A program made the translations under genes and the position numbers. A stretch of DNA of 64,000 nt from positions 12,230,359-12,294,358 of the forward strand of contig OZ316893.1 in NCBI GenBank assembly GCA_973895155.1. The letters are read 5' to 3'. This document shows, in pieces, positions 14,105-26,854 of this stretch. The DNA is from Marsupella aquatica. Its lineage: Eukaryota > Plantae > Marchantiophyta. Position 1 is the first letter of the stretch. Each line of letters opens with the position of its first letter. Under the pieces are notes generated by a model. It did not search any database and had not been told where the DNA came from. It saw only the letters and a list, made by a program, of their open reading frames with translations.

Positions 14105-16270
14105 ATTGCGTTTCGCAAACACTACCTAAAATTTGTCTCACCTCTCACAATTTCACTATACATTGAATTTCACAAACAGTACCTAAAATTGATCTTGCCA
14201 CTCAAACTTTCACTGTATATTGAGTTTTACAAACACTACCTAATTTGTCTAGCACTCAATATTTCACTATGCACTGAGCTTTACAAGCACTCCCTAAAAT
14301 CTGTCTGACCACTCAAAATTTCACTAATTGAGTTTTGCAAACACTACCTAAATTTGTCTCACCACTCAAAAGTTCACAAGTTGAGTATCACAAACACTAC
14401 CTAAATTTGTCTCGCCACTCAAAATTTCACTAATTGAGTTTCATAAACACTAACTACAATTTTTTCTGCCACTCACAATTTCACTAATTGAGTTTCACAA
14501 ACACTACCTACAATTTGTCTCGCCACTCAAAAATTCACTAATTGCGTTTTCACAAACACTACCTAAAATTTGTCTTGCCACTCAAAATCTCACTAATTGA
14601 GTTTTTCACAAACACTACCTAAAATTTGTCTCCCCACTCAAAATTTCACTACTTGAGTTTCACAAACACTACATAACAGTTTTCTGGCCACTCACTACAC
14701 TCTTTACAGTATTTAGTCTCACACACTCTAATTAGTGTGAGGTTAGATTTGAGGTAAGTGACGGTAATTAAGGTGTGTGACACTAATATGGTATGACACT
14801 AATTGTGGTCACAAGTCAAATAATGTCACACACACTTAAGCTAAAAAAATAGAATGGACAATAGTCAAAATTTGTTTATAAAAAATTAAAAACTGTGCAC
14901 AATATATGATTACAGTTTACAAAATTTACTACTCATACAAACATTGAGAAAACTTCAGAGATTTAGAACTCCTTCCACATATTACTCAAACATTGAACAA
15001 ACTTCCAAAATTTATAATTCCTTCTCACATAGCACAAAATTGCAATTTGGGGTACTCAACCACATTGAGCAAACAAGATCTGTTCGATTCACTTCTATCA
15101 ACTATGAATAACACATGCAGTCTCACATAAGCTACAACCTGTCCCATGTGTCTCATCCTTGCAAGACGGTGTACAGCCCAAGAGAAGTGGGTTGAGCTGG
15201 CTCTTCACCTGGTTCACCAACATCAGGAGCCACTTCAACATTAGCATCAATGTCAAGGTCAACTCGACTCCCTTCAAAATTCACTCAATACTTTGCTATG
15301 ATATTCTGAAGCTCAGGTGTAAGTTGATTTTCAGACTATACACCATATTGACATTTAGAGACAAATCGATGTTTATCATTGAATTTTGTGCATAAGACAT
15401 GCCATGTCTGTCAACAAAACTGTCCACCTCAATTACACAGTCCCTCGCCACCCTTGCCAATGTCAAAAACCAATGTTTGCTTGTATTTATCAATTTCCTA
15501 GATATGCCACGTGTCCCAATCCCCAAATTTTTTGGGTCTTCATTTATTATTTTTTGAAGTGTAGCAAGGATAAGCCAAAGGAGATGCAGATTAATTACCA
15601 GTGACATTTTGACAGTCTTGATTCTCTTTCCCTTGCTCCAGCAAATTCAGCTATGATGGCCAATCCATTCCCGCCATGTTATCAATTTGTCAACCTCATT
15701 TCACAAAGACTGACAAGCTAAAAGATAAAGAAACTTTCTAAGAACATACACACAAAGAGATGTTGTTGGTAGCCTGGCAAACTTTGGAGTGGGTCCAGTT
15801 TAGGGTTACCACCACATTGTCACCTCTAATTATCAATATTTTCAATATATTAATTTATTTTTCAAAATTAGGGGTGGCCGTAAATAGTGTCATTTGGCTG
15901 AAAATCAAGGGCTACCCCTAATTAGTGTGTGTGACACTAATTGTTTCATGACACTAAATACTGTAAAGAGTGTAGTTGAGTTTCTCAAACACTACCTAAC
16001 AATTTTCTAGCCCCTTAAAATTTCACTATTTGAGTTTCACAAACCCTACCTAAAATTGGTCTTGCCAATTTGTCTTGCCACTCAGAATCTCACTAGTTGA
16101 GTCTCACAAACACTACCCTAAAATTTGCTTAGTCACTCGAAATTTCACTAATCGAGTTGCACAAACTTTGTAGCGCCAATTTGTCTAGCCACTCAAAATA
16201 TCGCTACAGTAGTTGAGTTTCACAAACGCCACCTAAAATTTCTCTGGCCGCTCAAAAATTCACTAATTAA
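14105..16270 (+). repeat. About 55-60-bp tandem array split by a TIR-element insertion (array parts 14105-14697 and 15973-16270)
   Basis: The unit gagtttcacaaacactacctaaaatttgtctcgccactcaaaatttcactaatt occurs about 10 times left of the insertion and about 5 times right of it. Confidence 0.9.
14698..15972 (-). mobile_element. Non-autonomous TIR DNA transposon with TA target duplication (Tc1/mariner/pogo-like), 1275 bp, with a probable transposase C-terminal remnant
   Basis: Perfect 20-bp TIRs, CACTCTTTACAGTATTTAGT (14698-14717) and ACTAAATACTGTAAAGAGTG (15953-15972), flanked by TA on both sides. Removing it restores the array motif cactagttgag. The minus strand has a frameshifted remnant FVDRHGMSYAQNSMI..SLNVN..ENQLTPELQNIIAKY.VNFEG. 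Confidence 0.8.
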
Positions 16271-16850
16271 GTAGTCTTTGTGCAAATTAATGAGGATCGC
16301 CGATAATTATGCGAAGGTCGTCGCTTTGCTTCGTTTTTCGAGGAGTTTTACAGGAGTACAGAAAACGCATCGATTCTTTGCGTATCATCTTCCTGTGCGT
16401 TCCTTCCTTTCGAGAGGGCGAGAGCTCGATCGATTTCGATTCACCATCGCCGACATCCTTTCTTCGTCTTCGGCTTCGGCTCCTGCTGCGATTCATCGCC
16501 TTTCTCGACACGCGATTGCGCGCAATTCTTTTGAAATGAGCGTTTGTGTGGAGGAATAAGAGTATACGGAAGAAGAAAGTACGTCCGGCGACGAAGCGTG
16601 GAGAATTAGGGTATTGGCCAACAGCAGCACTTTCTTTCTGTCGGATTGGGTTTCCTCTGCTCTCCTCTCGTCTACTCTCCGGTGCGTCGTTTTTTCTCTT
16701 TTCGGTGTTGTGGAGCAGCTCACGAGAGCGTTGGAGCGGGCTGGGGTGAGACCTCGTCTCCCTCACTTTTGTAGTAGAGTAACAGAGAAGTGTCGCGGAT
16801 TTCAATCGGGGCTCGGGGAAAGTGTGTGGAGGGAGTAGCTGGATTTTGAA

Positions 16851-17112
16851 TAATCCAGTCCTTTGGAAACCTAGTAGAAGGGTGCGTCGTGCTCGAACTT
16901 GAACATGTAGGTATGTTCGGTTGGGCTTGAGCTTTGAATTGGTGCATTTCGGTTCGTCTGAAGCGAGTGTGAGAGAGATAGGAGAGTAATCCAGTCCTTC
17001 AAAACCTAATAATAGGGTGCGTCGTACTCGAACGCGAATATTTAGGTGTGTGGATTGGGCGTGAGCTTTGAATTGGTGATTCGTCTGAAGTCCGACAGGG
17101 AGAGAGAGATGG
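16851..17112 (+). repeat. About 130-bp tandem duplication in the RPN6 promoter/5' leader
   Basis: taatccagtcctt..aaaccta..agggtgcgtcgt.ctcgaac...gagctttgaattggtg..ttcgtctgaag...gagagagat occurs at 16851-16986 and 16987-17112. Confidence 0.85.
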
Positions 17113-18479
17113 CACTCGAGAATCCACCGTCTGCTGTTTCGCCCTTCGGAACACCCACGTCGCCACGGCAGACAGCGAAGAAGTCGTCGTTCCCTCGAGC
17201 AGCACCGTCCGTGGCCGCGTACCGCGCGACGACAGAATGTTTAGCCAAGGGGCAAGAAATCCAGGACTCTCGGCCCGACGAAGCCAGTGCAATTTTCCGC
17301 CAAATCATCCAAGACCCGTCCTCCTCCACGGAAGCCTTGCGCGTGAAGGAGCAAGCCATTGCTTCGCTCTCGGACGTCCTGTCTCGCCAAGGTAAGGGAG
17401 AAGAGCTCCGCGGACTCTTGCAAGACCTACGGCCTTTCTTCCTCCAAATTCCCAAAGCCAAAACGGCGAAGATTGTGAGAGGTATCATCGATGCCGTAGC
17501 GAAAATCCCTAATACCTCAGACTTGCAGATCTCCCTTTGTCGGGAGATGGTTGGGTGGACTCGAACACAGAAGAGGACGTTTCTGAGGCAGAGAGTGGAG
17601 GCAAGACTCGCAGCATTACTCATGGAGAATAAGGAGTACTCTGAGGCATTGTCGCTACTCACCAACTTGGTAAGAGAAGTTCGCAGGCTGGACGACAAGC
17701 TCCTTCTTGTGGACATCGATCTACTGGAGAGCAAACTGCATTTCTCCCTCAGGAACTTGCCAAAAGCCAAAGCAGCTCTCACGGCCGCTCGAACTGCTGC
17801 CAATGCTATTTACGTCCCTCCTGCCCAGCAGGGGACAATTGACCTTCAGAGTGGGATCTTGCACGCAGAGGAGAAGGATTACAAGACCGCGTTCAGCTAC
17901 TTCTTCGAGGCTTTTGAGGCCTTCAACGCCTTGGACGATCCGAGGGCAGTCTATAGCTTGAAGTACATGCTTCTCTGCAAGATTATGATTAATTCAGCTG
18001 ATGACGTTGGAGGGCTGATTTCTTCCAAAGCTGGCTTGAAGTATACTGGTGTGGAGCTCGACGCAATGAAGGCTGTTGCAGAAGCGTACGGGAAAAGGTC
18101 TCTGAAAGACTTTGAAGAGGCTCTTAAGTCTTACAAAGACCAATTAGAGGAGGATCCCATAGTTCACCGTCATCTGTCAGCTCTCTACGATACATTGCTA
18201 GAGCAGAATTTATGCCGCCTGATTGAGCCCTTCTCTAGAGTGGAGATCTCTCACGTCTCCGAGCTCATTGGGCTTTCCATAGATGCCGTAGAGAAGAAAC
18301 TGTCTCAGATGATTCTTGATAAGAAATTTGCAGGAACTTTGGACCAAGGGGCAGGCTGTTTGATAATTTTCGACGATCTGAAGCCAGATGGAATTTATCC
18401 ATCAACTTTAGAGACCATTGCTAATATCAGCAAGGTAGTGGATAGTTTGTACTTGAAATCAGCTAAAATCATGGCCTAG
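17109..18479 (+). CDS. RPN6: 26S proteasome regulatory lid subunit RPN6/PSMD11, intronless CDS (456 aa from ATG 17109; 422 aa from in-frame GTG 17211)
   Basis: Hallmark stretches PKAKTAKIVRGIID, KRTFLRQRVEARL, DDKLLLVDIDLLESK, KAKAALTAARTAANAIY and HAEEKDYKTAFSYFFEAFE, plus the PCI domain LLEQNLCRLIEPFSRVEI...LSQMILDKKFAGTLDQG. Confidence 0.97.
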   Translation: MALENPPSAVSPFGTPTSPRQTAKKSSFPRAAPSVAAYRATTECLAKGQEIQDSRPDEASAIFRQIIQDPSSSTEALRVKEQAIASLSDVLSRQGKGEELRGLLQDLRPFFLQIPKAKTAKIVRGIIDAVAKIPNTSDLQISLCREMVGWTRTQKRTFLRQRVEARLAALLMENKEYSEALSLLTNLVREVRRLDDKLLLVDIDLLESKLHFSLRNLPKAKAALTAARTAANAIYVPPAQQGTIDLQSGILHAEEKDYKTAFSYFFEAFEAFNALDDPRAVYSLKYMLLCKIMINSADDVGGLISSKAGLKYTGVELDAMKAVAEAYGKRSLKDFEEALKSYKDQLEEDPIVHRHLSALYDTLLEQNLCRLIEPFSRVEISHVSELIGLSIDAVEKKLSQMILDKKFAGTLDQGAGCLIIFDDLKPDGIYPSTLETIANISKVVDSLYLKSAKIMA

Positions 18480-21039
18480 GTCTCATTACTGTAAGGGTTT
18501 AGGGTTTAGTAAATGTGTAGGTGTAGGACTTATTCCCCATCATTATCATCATGGCTTCAAATTTGTCAATAATAATTTTTGTGGATTCGAGATGTTCAAA
18601 AAATGCTTTCCAATGCACCACGTTTTGACCCGACCCACTTGTTTGCTCCAAGAATGGATTCTTGAAGTGAGATCAGAATCAAGTAGCTTGTCAACTTTCA
18701 GGGTTTGGAGATTTTGAAAGATTGTATTTGCTCATCTGTCTGATGGGAGGATCACGCCTGATAAGCAAGCAGCAGCCCATACTGATGGGTTTCTCAGCGT
18801 TTATGGTTATTGATTTCCCGTTTTCTAGTATTCTTGCCGAAGCATGAGCTTGCCGAGCAGGGCATCGGGCTCCTTATGGTTACTCTCGCGGATGGAGCAA
18901 TTGATGTGATTCCTTGTAGTGTTTTGATGTCTCGAAACTTATTTACTAATTGTTTCCAATGTAGGTTCCTTTTGTAACTAGTGGTAGTGTCCGTTGTCAC
19001 ATGACCATAACGTAATGTCGAATTGGTCGACTCCTGATGCGGAAGCAAGAGAGTCACTACTTATAGCAGCACGACCAAGTTTGGTGCCATGGTTGCCTTC
19101 TTTAGAGCCCGTTAACAGTGCTTCATGTGAGCTTGGATCCTGATACTCTAGTATGGACCTTTGTACCAGCTCATGACTGCGTTTTAAGTTCAATTTGCGC
19201 AATAGCTGAATTGTGGTGCCTATTGACGTCCAATATCTTTCAGAATTTACTTAGGTCAGCGGTTTGGAGATCTTATGGGGTGTATATCTGCAGAGCGCTG
19301 TTCTTGTGTGTTGTGTTAGAAGCCAGACAAAATCGCTACAATTCAAGTATCATTACAGTAGGCAGGCGGATACCAGCAAACCTTTGCACTTTCTGCAAAT
19401 ATGGAAGTGTAGGACTAAAGTAAAATGTTTCGTAGTGTAGGGTCCGCCTTCGCCCACTAGATGTGCCCCGGATTGCTTTTCATGTAAGTGCACTATCCAA
19501 GTTTCCTGAACCTGATCTCCTCTGTACTAATAAGGTAACAAGTCGACTTTGTGAGTGAAGAGTAAGGTTACTTTCAAGTACAGAATCACAGTTTGTGGGC
19601 TTTGGTGGTATAACCTGTATGAAAGAAAACAATTTTTACATCTACTACGAATCATCTACGCGCATTCAGAGCTATGCATTTTAGCCCCAATTGATATGAT
19701 GGTCTGCTGTTAGTGGGCATGATCCGCTGGACTACTCTAGTGAGAATGTCAATACGTTGGGGAACTGCACCGTTAGTCCACTGCTTGTAAGGTAAAGTTA
19801 GGAACACACCTATCTTGAAACGAAGCAAAGACGGAGGATTTGAAGGGAGTTGGGCAACCTATCTTCAATTCTGGAGTTCAGTCATTCACTGTGTATAGCA
19901 ATGTGAAGAACTTGGCAAATGCTATGTTGATCGAAGGAAAGCTGAAAACACCACGCGTTGACAATTAACCTATGCATGGACTCGTTGTTGTTGGGTTGTA
20001 ACTCCAGGGACAAAGTTGACCAGCAGATCGCCGTTTGCAAACTAAATCAATTGGTTTGTTTCAGAATCTGATCTAAAAATGGCAATCCAGCGGTTTTGTC
20101 TGACTTTTTCTACACTGAAAGCGTAGACATGGCAGCCCCATGAGCTTCTAGTAGACTGTCCAAGGTGGTCTCCTTATATTTGAGCTGCCTGTATCTATTC
20201 TTGTCAAGGTGCAGTAATGTAGCGGGTGCTCAAATCTCAGACTGCTCAGAATTGCAAAGACCTTTTGGGTCTATCCCACAGAGCCTTGAAGTACAAAATA
20301 CAAGGAGGCCCAGACCATAGCTGTCAAATCTGTGAACCATTGTTCTAACCTCACGACGTCTAAATCATATCAAAAAACAAAAACCATAACCTATAAACAG
20401 TCAAATCTAACCACTGCATTCAACGACAACGCTGTTCCGCATTCTGCCGTATGCAACAAAATGGACAGAACCAAGCAGGCTTTACTGCTCCCTTAGACAG
20501 GGTTGAAAAAGGAACTGTAGTATACACTGCCATGAGATTTCTGCAGTTGTACATCTCTAGTGTATGGTCCGTAAAGATGATGCGCTACGAGTGCAAATTT
20601 CAACGATATGGGCAGCGAACGAGCGGTTAAATCTATACACAATGGCCACGCATGCATTACAACAATGCCCCGCACGTGACTACTTCAATCGGAAAGATTT
20701 GCAAACAAGCTCCAACGTCGTTTGATGTGGACTTGTGATCTGCAATCATAAAGTCCACCTGACCCTTCCTTTCATATCAGATGGCTGCTACAGAACTGAG
20801 GAGGCAAAGCCAAGCTATCGTGACTTTAGTTAACCTTCATTACAGATGGTGATGCTCCACCCATGCTTTCACTTGCTACGATCCTAATCTCCCTACCTTT
20901 ACACGACCCTGATCAGAGTCCCATTATAGCTTACATGAAGCTTTTGACCCTTGCCGAAAAAGTACCATCAGGAAAATCCCTCAACCAATTCATCAAGGAA
21001 AGAATAACTACACTTTTGGCTAGACATTATGAAAGAGCG

Positions 21040-24000
21040 CTAACTCGACGCATTAAGACCAGAAGCCTCGTTGCCGTTGCCGAAGAACTCCTGAATCATC
21101 CCATTTGTCGACAAAAGCTTCTCTCGTTTATTTATTTGAGGGATATCCATCGTTGGCCCCCAGACTTCACCTTCGCAAGAGCCCATCAAAGACAGATGTT
21201 GGTTGGTCCCTTCCACTGGTTTCTTGTACAAACCAGTGGAAAGAGAGAGAGAAAGGTCCCTCTCTGGTATTTGATCGTCTTTAGAGGAGATACCTTTTGC
21301 CACTGGATCATGCCCCAAGTCGTCATGATCTGCTTCATCCCAATGAGAGGCTTCCCATGTTTTAACCTCCTGGAGCTCTTCCTCTCCAACCACTGAGACA
21401 TGATCGTCTTGAATGTGTTTCTCGTCTTCATGCTCATCCTGACTCCATTTGGCAGTCATGTGAACTGTGCCCAGTCGCACATCTATTTCTTCTTGGTGGG
21501 GATCATGATACCCCTGCTCAACATCTTCTAGGTTCATCAGACGAGCAGTGCGCACAGTCATTTGCATGCCCTGCGCTTCATGTAGTGGACTGGTTACACC
21601 CATTTTACTGGAGTAGCCTTCAAGGTCACAAAAGCTCGTGTCCTCCAAAAGCTTGGCTGAACTATCACTCCCAGATGGGCCATCGTCCTCCTTATCTGTT
21701 TCGTCTTCATCCTCACTTGCATTTGGGTCGTCTTCTTCATCATCTTCATCTCCAGATTCATAATCATCTTCACTGTCTCCGCTGTCATATTCTGGGTAGT
21801 TTGTCTCATCGTCATCACTGTCCACGTGTTGTACATCAAGCCGATTCTGAATTGCTCTCCGTCTCAACACAAAAACATTGAAATAGAAACTCACCAATTC
21901 TTTCATGCTCTTCCCTGGGAATGCTTCAGGGAGCTGATCCCAAAAGTTTTTACCCCGAGACGGTGGGTTCAACTGGACCAGTGATTGGTATGTATGCTGT
22001 TCATCTTTTGTCCACTCAGCTGCGACGCTCTCTCCCATTTGATCGAATTTCCATATGTAAAAGGCTTGGCCGAGTTCTTCTTTTAGACGGTCCCGTTCTT
22101 CCTCGATATGTAGTCTAACACAAGTTATCGATTCTGGGTTGAGGCAGGAACAAAAACAAGGCCTGCTTCGACCGAAATAGTGATCATTGTAAGCGAACAT
22201 CTTCCCTCCTGGTGGGGGCCAAATCTGCTTTCCTAGCCACCTGCTGTGATCTTCTTCATCGTTCCCATCACTGCTTTGAGTTTCGTCTCCAGTGGGACCT
22301 GCAACTCCACTGGCACCAACCGCGCCGCGATGAGGATCCTCAGACCTGAAAGTCGGTATATCGGCCTGAAAATCTTCTCCGATGGGTACTCTCTTGCGAT
22401 TCTTCGGGATATCTAGTACTTCATCAGGATATCGTTCTTCACTGTAGTAGTGGTGATTTTGACGCGATAACCGCTGACTTGTTTGAGGAACCCATTGCGG
22501 TTGTTGATTAAACGTAGGAGAAGAGCTGATATGGTTATTCAAAGATTCATTGAAGGGCCTTTGCGCACTAGTAGAACCATGATGTGCAGCCCGTTCTCTT
22601 GTGGGCCTGGTTCGATCCGGCGCTTGATGCTCCGGCCGAGTTGAGTCCTCATAATATTGAGACGGTGGAGGAATTTGCTGCTTGACCTGAAAGAGTGATA
22701 AGAGATCAGACAAGAGACACCAGACCCAAAATTTCAAATGACAGGCAGGTAGGAATACATATCCATGGGCTGCCCAGCGCATCTTTGAGTTTATCAATTC
22801 AAAGGCAGGCTTGCAATCCTTGGCCTAACCACACCAGAATTCCCTACCACGGTACCCTTAGAAAATAGAGCTCTAGTGTAGGATCCCGGCGAATCAAAAT
22901 GTGGGAAAATTTCAAGTTATAGGCTCGATGGAATGCACTTGCAAGTGCTGACAACCTCAAACACACCTGTTCGGCTATCAACACACACAGCTGGACAGCA
23001 TTGGAGATTTGTTACCTAGACAGCGATGAGAGTTCGCTAAAAGCAGTCAAATTGCAAGAAACAGGATTTTACCTGATGCGAATGTGCATCACCCGGTCTG
23101 ACATCATCTTTTTGCCTCCACAACACGGTTCGGGCTTTCTGCGCCTGGGAGGCACAATCTCTAGCCCACTTCTCATCCTGACCTGTACCTTCTGGACCCT
23201 GTCCCATGCGAGGATTTCCTGGCTCCACAGCTGTTCTCTTTATCCAAGTCAGTGTATCGGCCAATGACTTCTTAAACCTTTCTATTGTAGCTACATCATA
23301 TACAACCTGCTCTTCAACATTTGTTTCGAGCTCGCTCTTTTTCTTAGAGGGACCGTCACCATGGTGATCAACGTGTGCTTTGAACACTCGGTGATCGGCA
23401 AGGAAACCATCTGGAAAATCCTGACATTCTTGGGAAAAGCTACAATTGCCCATGAAAGGATAACCGCCTGTCCTATACGGTGAACATAACTTTGCTGATT
23501 CCCTACCTCGTTTGACAGACCTTATCTCAGTTTCATCATCAGAATGATGATCATCCAAAGGGTCAACTCTACTGACATTAGAGCTTCTGCAGTTCACTGG
23601 CTGTTCACCTAACTTTTCGTGGAAGGGCTCACTTTCTGCAAACTGTTCACTGCCAGTAAGGGAATAATTCTCACCCTTTTCATCAAGCAGTCCGTTCCCA
23701 GTTAACAAAGCGGGCCGCCTTATATTTACAGCATCAAGAAAATCACTCTCTTGGTGACGTTCCAACAGAAGCCCTCTATTTCTCTCCAAACGCCTCAAAT
23801 GCTTAAAGTAGATAAGTTTCACACCTGGTCCACAATGTGACCCCAATCCTAATGCCTCTGCAATGTTGCCCCACGAACCCTCAGAGGTGACTATTTCGTA
23901 GCCTCCGTGACCCTCCACTTTTTCATCCATCGCATACAAGTCAATAACCTTATCATTCAAAAGGATAGGCAGAGATTGCGTATAAGGAGTTGATGGATGG

Positions 24001-24731
24001 CAAACTGTTCCCTGAACAGTTGCGTGAAAGGAGTCTCCTTCAGCATTATTACTATTATCGGCAGTGCTTGGTATATTTAGATCCTGATCATCGTCGATCA
24101 ATCCTAGTTCCTCCTCATCTCCAAATAGTTGCACATGCAGATCTCTTGCAGGGCTTCCAAGAGCGCACCATTTATTCGTGTCATTCTCCTCACAAGTTGA
24201 TACACCTGACCCACTTGGCGGAGAGCACCCTGCACCCCTAATCCATTGACGCGCTCCTAAAGTTCCACGGCCTTGTAATTCGATGAATTTGTCAGAAGAG
24301 TATCCCACGTCTTCTCCACAATGTTCAACTGTACATTCCTTGGCACTCTGAGAACAAAGATCATTTGCTGTTATAACAACTTTTCGTTCATCTGATAAGG
24401 CAGACTTGTCATGAAATCCAGAACACACCCGAGTTTCCGGCTCTGAGGTATCTCTGTCCTTCTGTAGCATGTGCTTGATCTCAGAAGTCGGCACTCTTTC
24501 AAATACCTTCATTGAATCACTGCTGGCACCAGGGGAAACAGAAAAGGCATTTTTCTGTGAAACTCCAGAAAAATTATGCTCGAATTCAAGTTTCTTCTCA
24601 TCTGTCAGTGATGCTACCCTTGTATGGGCATCACACGATTTGTCATCAGAATGCTTTTGGTACTTCACCGGCTTTGATGACGCAGTATGCTCAAGCAGAC
24701 GTTTCTGTTGCCCAATCATGGTGCCAAACAT
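21040..24731 (-). CDS. AT-rich interactive domain protein (ARID + ELM2 + SANT/Myb-like; plant ARID1/ARID2 type), 2 coding exons 24731-23073 and 22686-21040, about 1101 aa
   Basis: ARID motif IDLYAM..VEGHGGYEIVT..GSWGNIAEALGL...KLIYFKHL; ELM2 motif RVPIGEDFQADIP; CSCLNPESITCVRLHIEEER..LKEELGQAFYIWKFDQMGESVA..WTKDE; SANT-like KNFWDQLPEAFPGKSMKELVSFYFNVFVLRRRAIQNR. The GT-AG intron 23072-22687 is phase 0. Confidence 0.9.
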
Positions 24732-25884
24732 TACTATCTTATATCTGCGTCAAGAGGTAGGAGCAGAGTTCAGCGAGACATGATTATCACTGCACGGTAA
24801 AGATAAAACAAGCGAACAATTGTCCACAGATTAGTCACTCAACGCAACTGTTTATAAATTAACTCCAAGAAAAAAATGAACATAAGGCGTTAACAGGAAT
24901 TCAAATCCGTTGTATGAGGTTGAAGGTTAAGCGTTCGATCTGATGATCTTCTTAAAATCCAGACCATCCTGAATTCCATGTCGATATTATAGAGGGACGA
25001 CCAGAATCTTCAAATGAATTGAAAGAACACAGGTGGTGACAGGGGGAAGAAAAGCGAATGTACACAAAGATGTGCAGCCAGAAGTCCTCAGAATTCTCGG
25101 GCTCTACAAGGAATCTAATTTCAACCAACTCTGTTAAGTGCTAGCAAAACAGGTCACATGGGGATGACTTCCCTGAATCGTAAGTGTGAGCTGTAAACCT
25201 ACTACACTTGTGTTTTCTAATGACCTTGGCGTGACTGGGTGTAGTCCTCGTGAACTTTAAAATTCCACTTTTTCATTGAACTGTTGGTTTTCGTGGGCAG
25301 GACATCCACACTCAAAAATATCCAGTATTTATCAGACTGACATGACCGGTTGCTGGTCCGGACGTTTGCAAGAGCTGAGGGGAATCTCCTTAACAATAAA
25401 GGCACCCCTACACTTACACATATTTACACCTGTAAGCACAGTCCTCAGTCCACAAAGCAGCTCATGAGCTTGAAGCTGTATGTTTTACAATGTCACTTAG
25501 CTGGAACAGGTGAATTGACACCTTCCACTTCCTTAAAAAAAAATTGGTTGTACCCTGATAAACTGTAAATGTAATAATGCGCTTATAAACAAAGAAACGT
25601 AGTAGGATGGCTATGAAAAGAAAGTATGAAAAAAATCGTTGTGCGAAGTAAGAAAGAATTATTCCAGGAAGCCATAAAAACTCGCAACCGTATAATCATT
25701 GACGAAGTGAGATCGAATTGATATCTCTAAAGTCCACAGGGCGTAATTGATACAAGACCTCCTGAATTTGTGACATAAAATTAAGGGCGTGACCAAGAGA
25801 AAATTGGAAATTCACCAAACAGAAGAGTGGTTTCTGACCATGAGAAAGCTATAAGCCAACAGCCACCTCTGTAGCTCAGAAAAA

Positions 25885-26187
25885 ACGGTACTGCTCGAGG
25901 GAACGACGACTTCTTCCCTGTCTGCCGTGGCGACGTGGGTGTTCCAAAGGGCGAAACAGCAGACGGTGGATTCTCGAGTGCCATCTCTCTCTCTCGCTCT
26001 GACTTCAAACGAATCATCAATTCAAAGCTCACGCCCAACCCACACACCTAAATGGTCGCGTTCCAATACGACGCACCCTATAATTAGGTTTTGAAGGGCT
26101 AAATTAGTCTCTGTCTCTCGCACACTCGCTTCAAACGAACCGAAATGCACCAATTCAAAGCTCAAGCCCAATCGCACACACCTACAT
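25885..26187 (-). repeat. Inverted diverged copy of the RPN6 leader and first about 33 codons (16905-17208)
   Basis: The minus strand encodes MALENPPSAVSPFGTPTSPRQTGKKSSFPRA, nearly identical to RPN6 17109-17200. DNA similarity extends through the upstream tandem unit. Confidence 0.93.
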
Positions 26188-26201
26188 CGACAGGCCAAGG
26201 A

Positions 26202-26636
26202 CGATCGATTTTGATTCACCATCGTCGTCATCCTTTTCTTCGTCGTCGGCTTCGGCTCATGCTCCGGTTCTTCGTCATTCTGGACGCGCGATTGCGACCC
26301 AATTCTTTTGAAATGACTGTTCGTATCGAGAGGAATAAAAAGTACACGGAAGACGAAAGTACGTCCAGCGACGACGAACCGTGTACAATTAGGGCATTGG
26401 CCAACAGCAGCACTTCGTTTCTGTCGGATTGGTTTTTCCTCTGCTCTCCTCTCGTCTACTCTCCGGTTCGTGGTTTTCGCTCGTTTCTGTGTTGTGATGT
26501 AACAGAGAAGTGGGGAGGGATTTCAATCGGGGCTGAGCGAAGTGAAGCGTGTGGAGGGAGTGGCAGGTTTTTTCCTACGGGTGGATTTTGAATAATCCAG
26601 TCCTTTGAAAGCTAGTAGAAGGGTGCGTCGTGCTCG
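26202..26636 (+). repeat. Direct diverged copy of the RPN6 upstream region (16427-16895)
   Basis: gatcgatttt/cgattcaccatcg, aattcttttgaaatga, ggccaacagcagcactt, gtaacagagaagtg, ggattttgaataatccagtcc and agggtgcgtcgtgctcg are shared in the same order. Confidence 0.9.
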
Positions 26637-26854
26637 GAGTCGAAATTGGACACGGGAAGGAACGCAGAGGAAGGTGAATACAGTGTAGTTCAGAGAGGTC
26701 ATGTGGGTGACTCCTAGCTTTTCGGTGGTTTAGGCTGGTGCCACTCAAGGCATCATTATGTCTCATTAATTTCTACCATATTCAGTATGGTCTACATTCC
26801 AAGTATTCAACACAAAGTTAACTACTGTAGTTAAGATCGAACCCTGTAGCCAGG

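Noticed and set aside
16287-16805. Arg/Ser-rich minus-strand ORF as an SR splicing factor
   Set aside because: There is no RRM or other domain. The RS run comes from a CT-rich leader read in antisense, and the frame is not preserved in the 26202-26636 copy.
17042-17803. 253-aa antisense ORF over RPN6, and similar antisense ORFs over the ARID gene
   Set aside because: These are shadow ORFs of real coding sequence on the opposite strand.
17109-18479. Intronless RPN6 as a retrocopy
   Set aside because: There is no poly(A) tail or TSD and the ORF is intact and conserved. As I recall, plant RPN6 coding regions commonly lack introns.
18494-18509. gggtttagggtttag after the RPN6 stop as an interstitial telomere
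   Set aside because: Only about two units; isolated telo-box-like motifs are common in plant genes.
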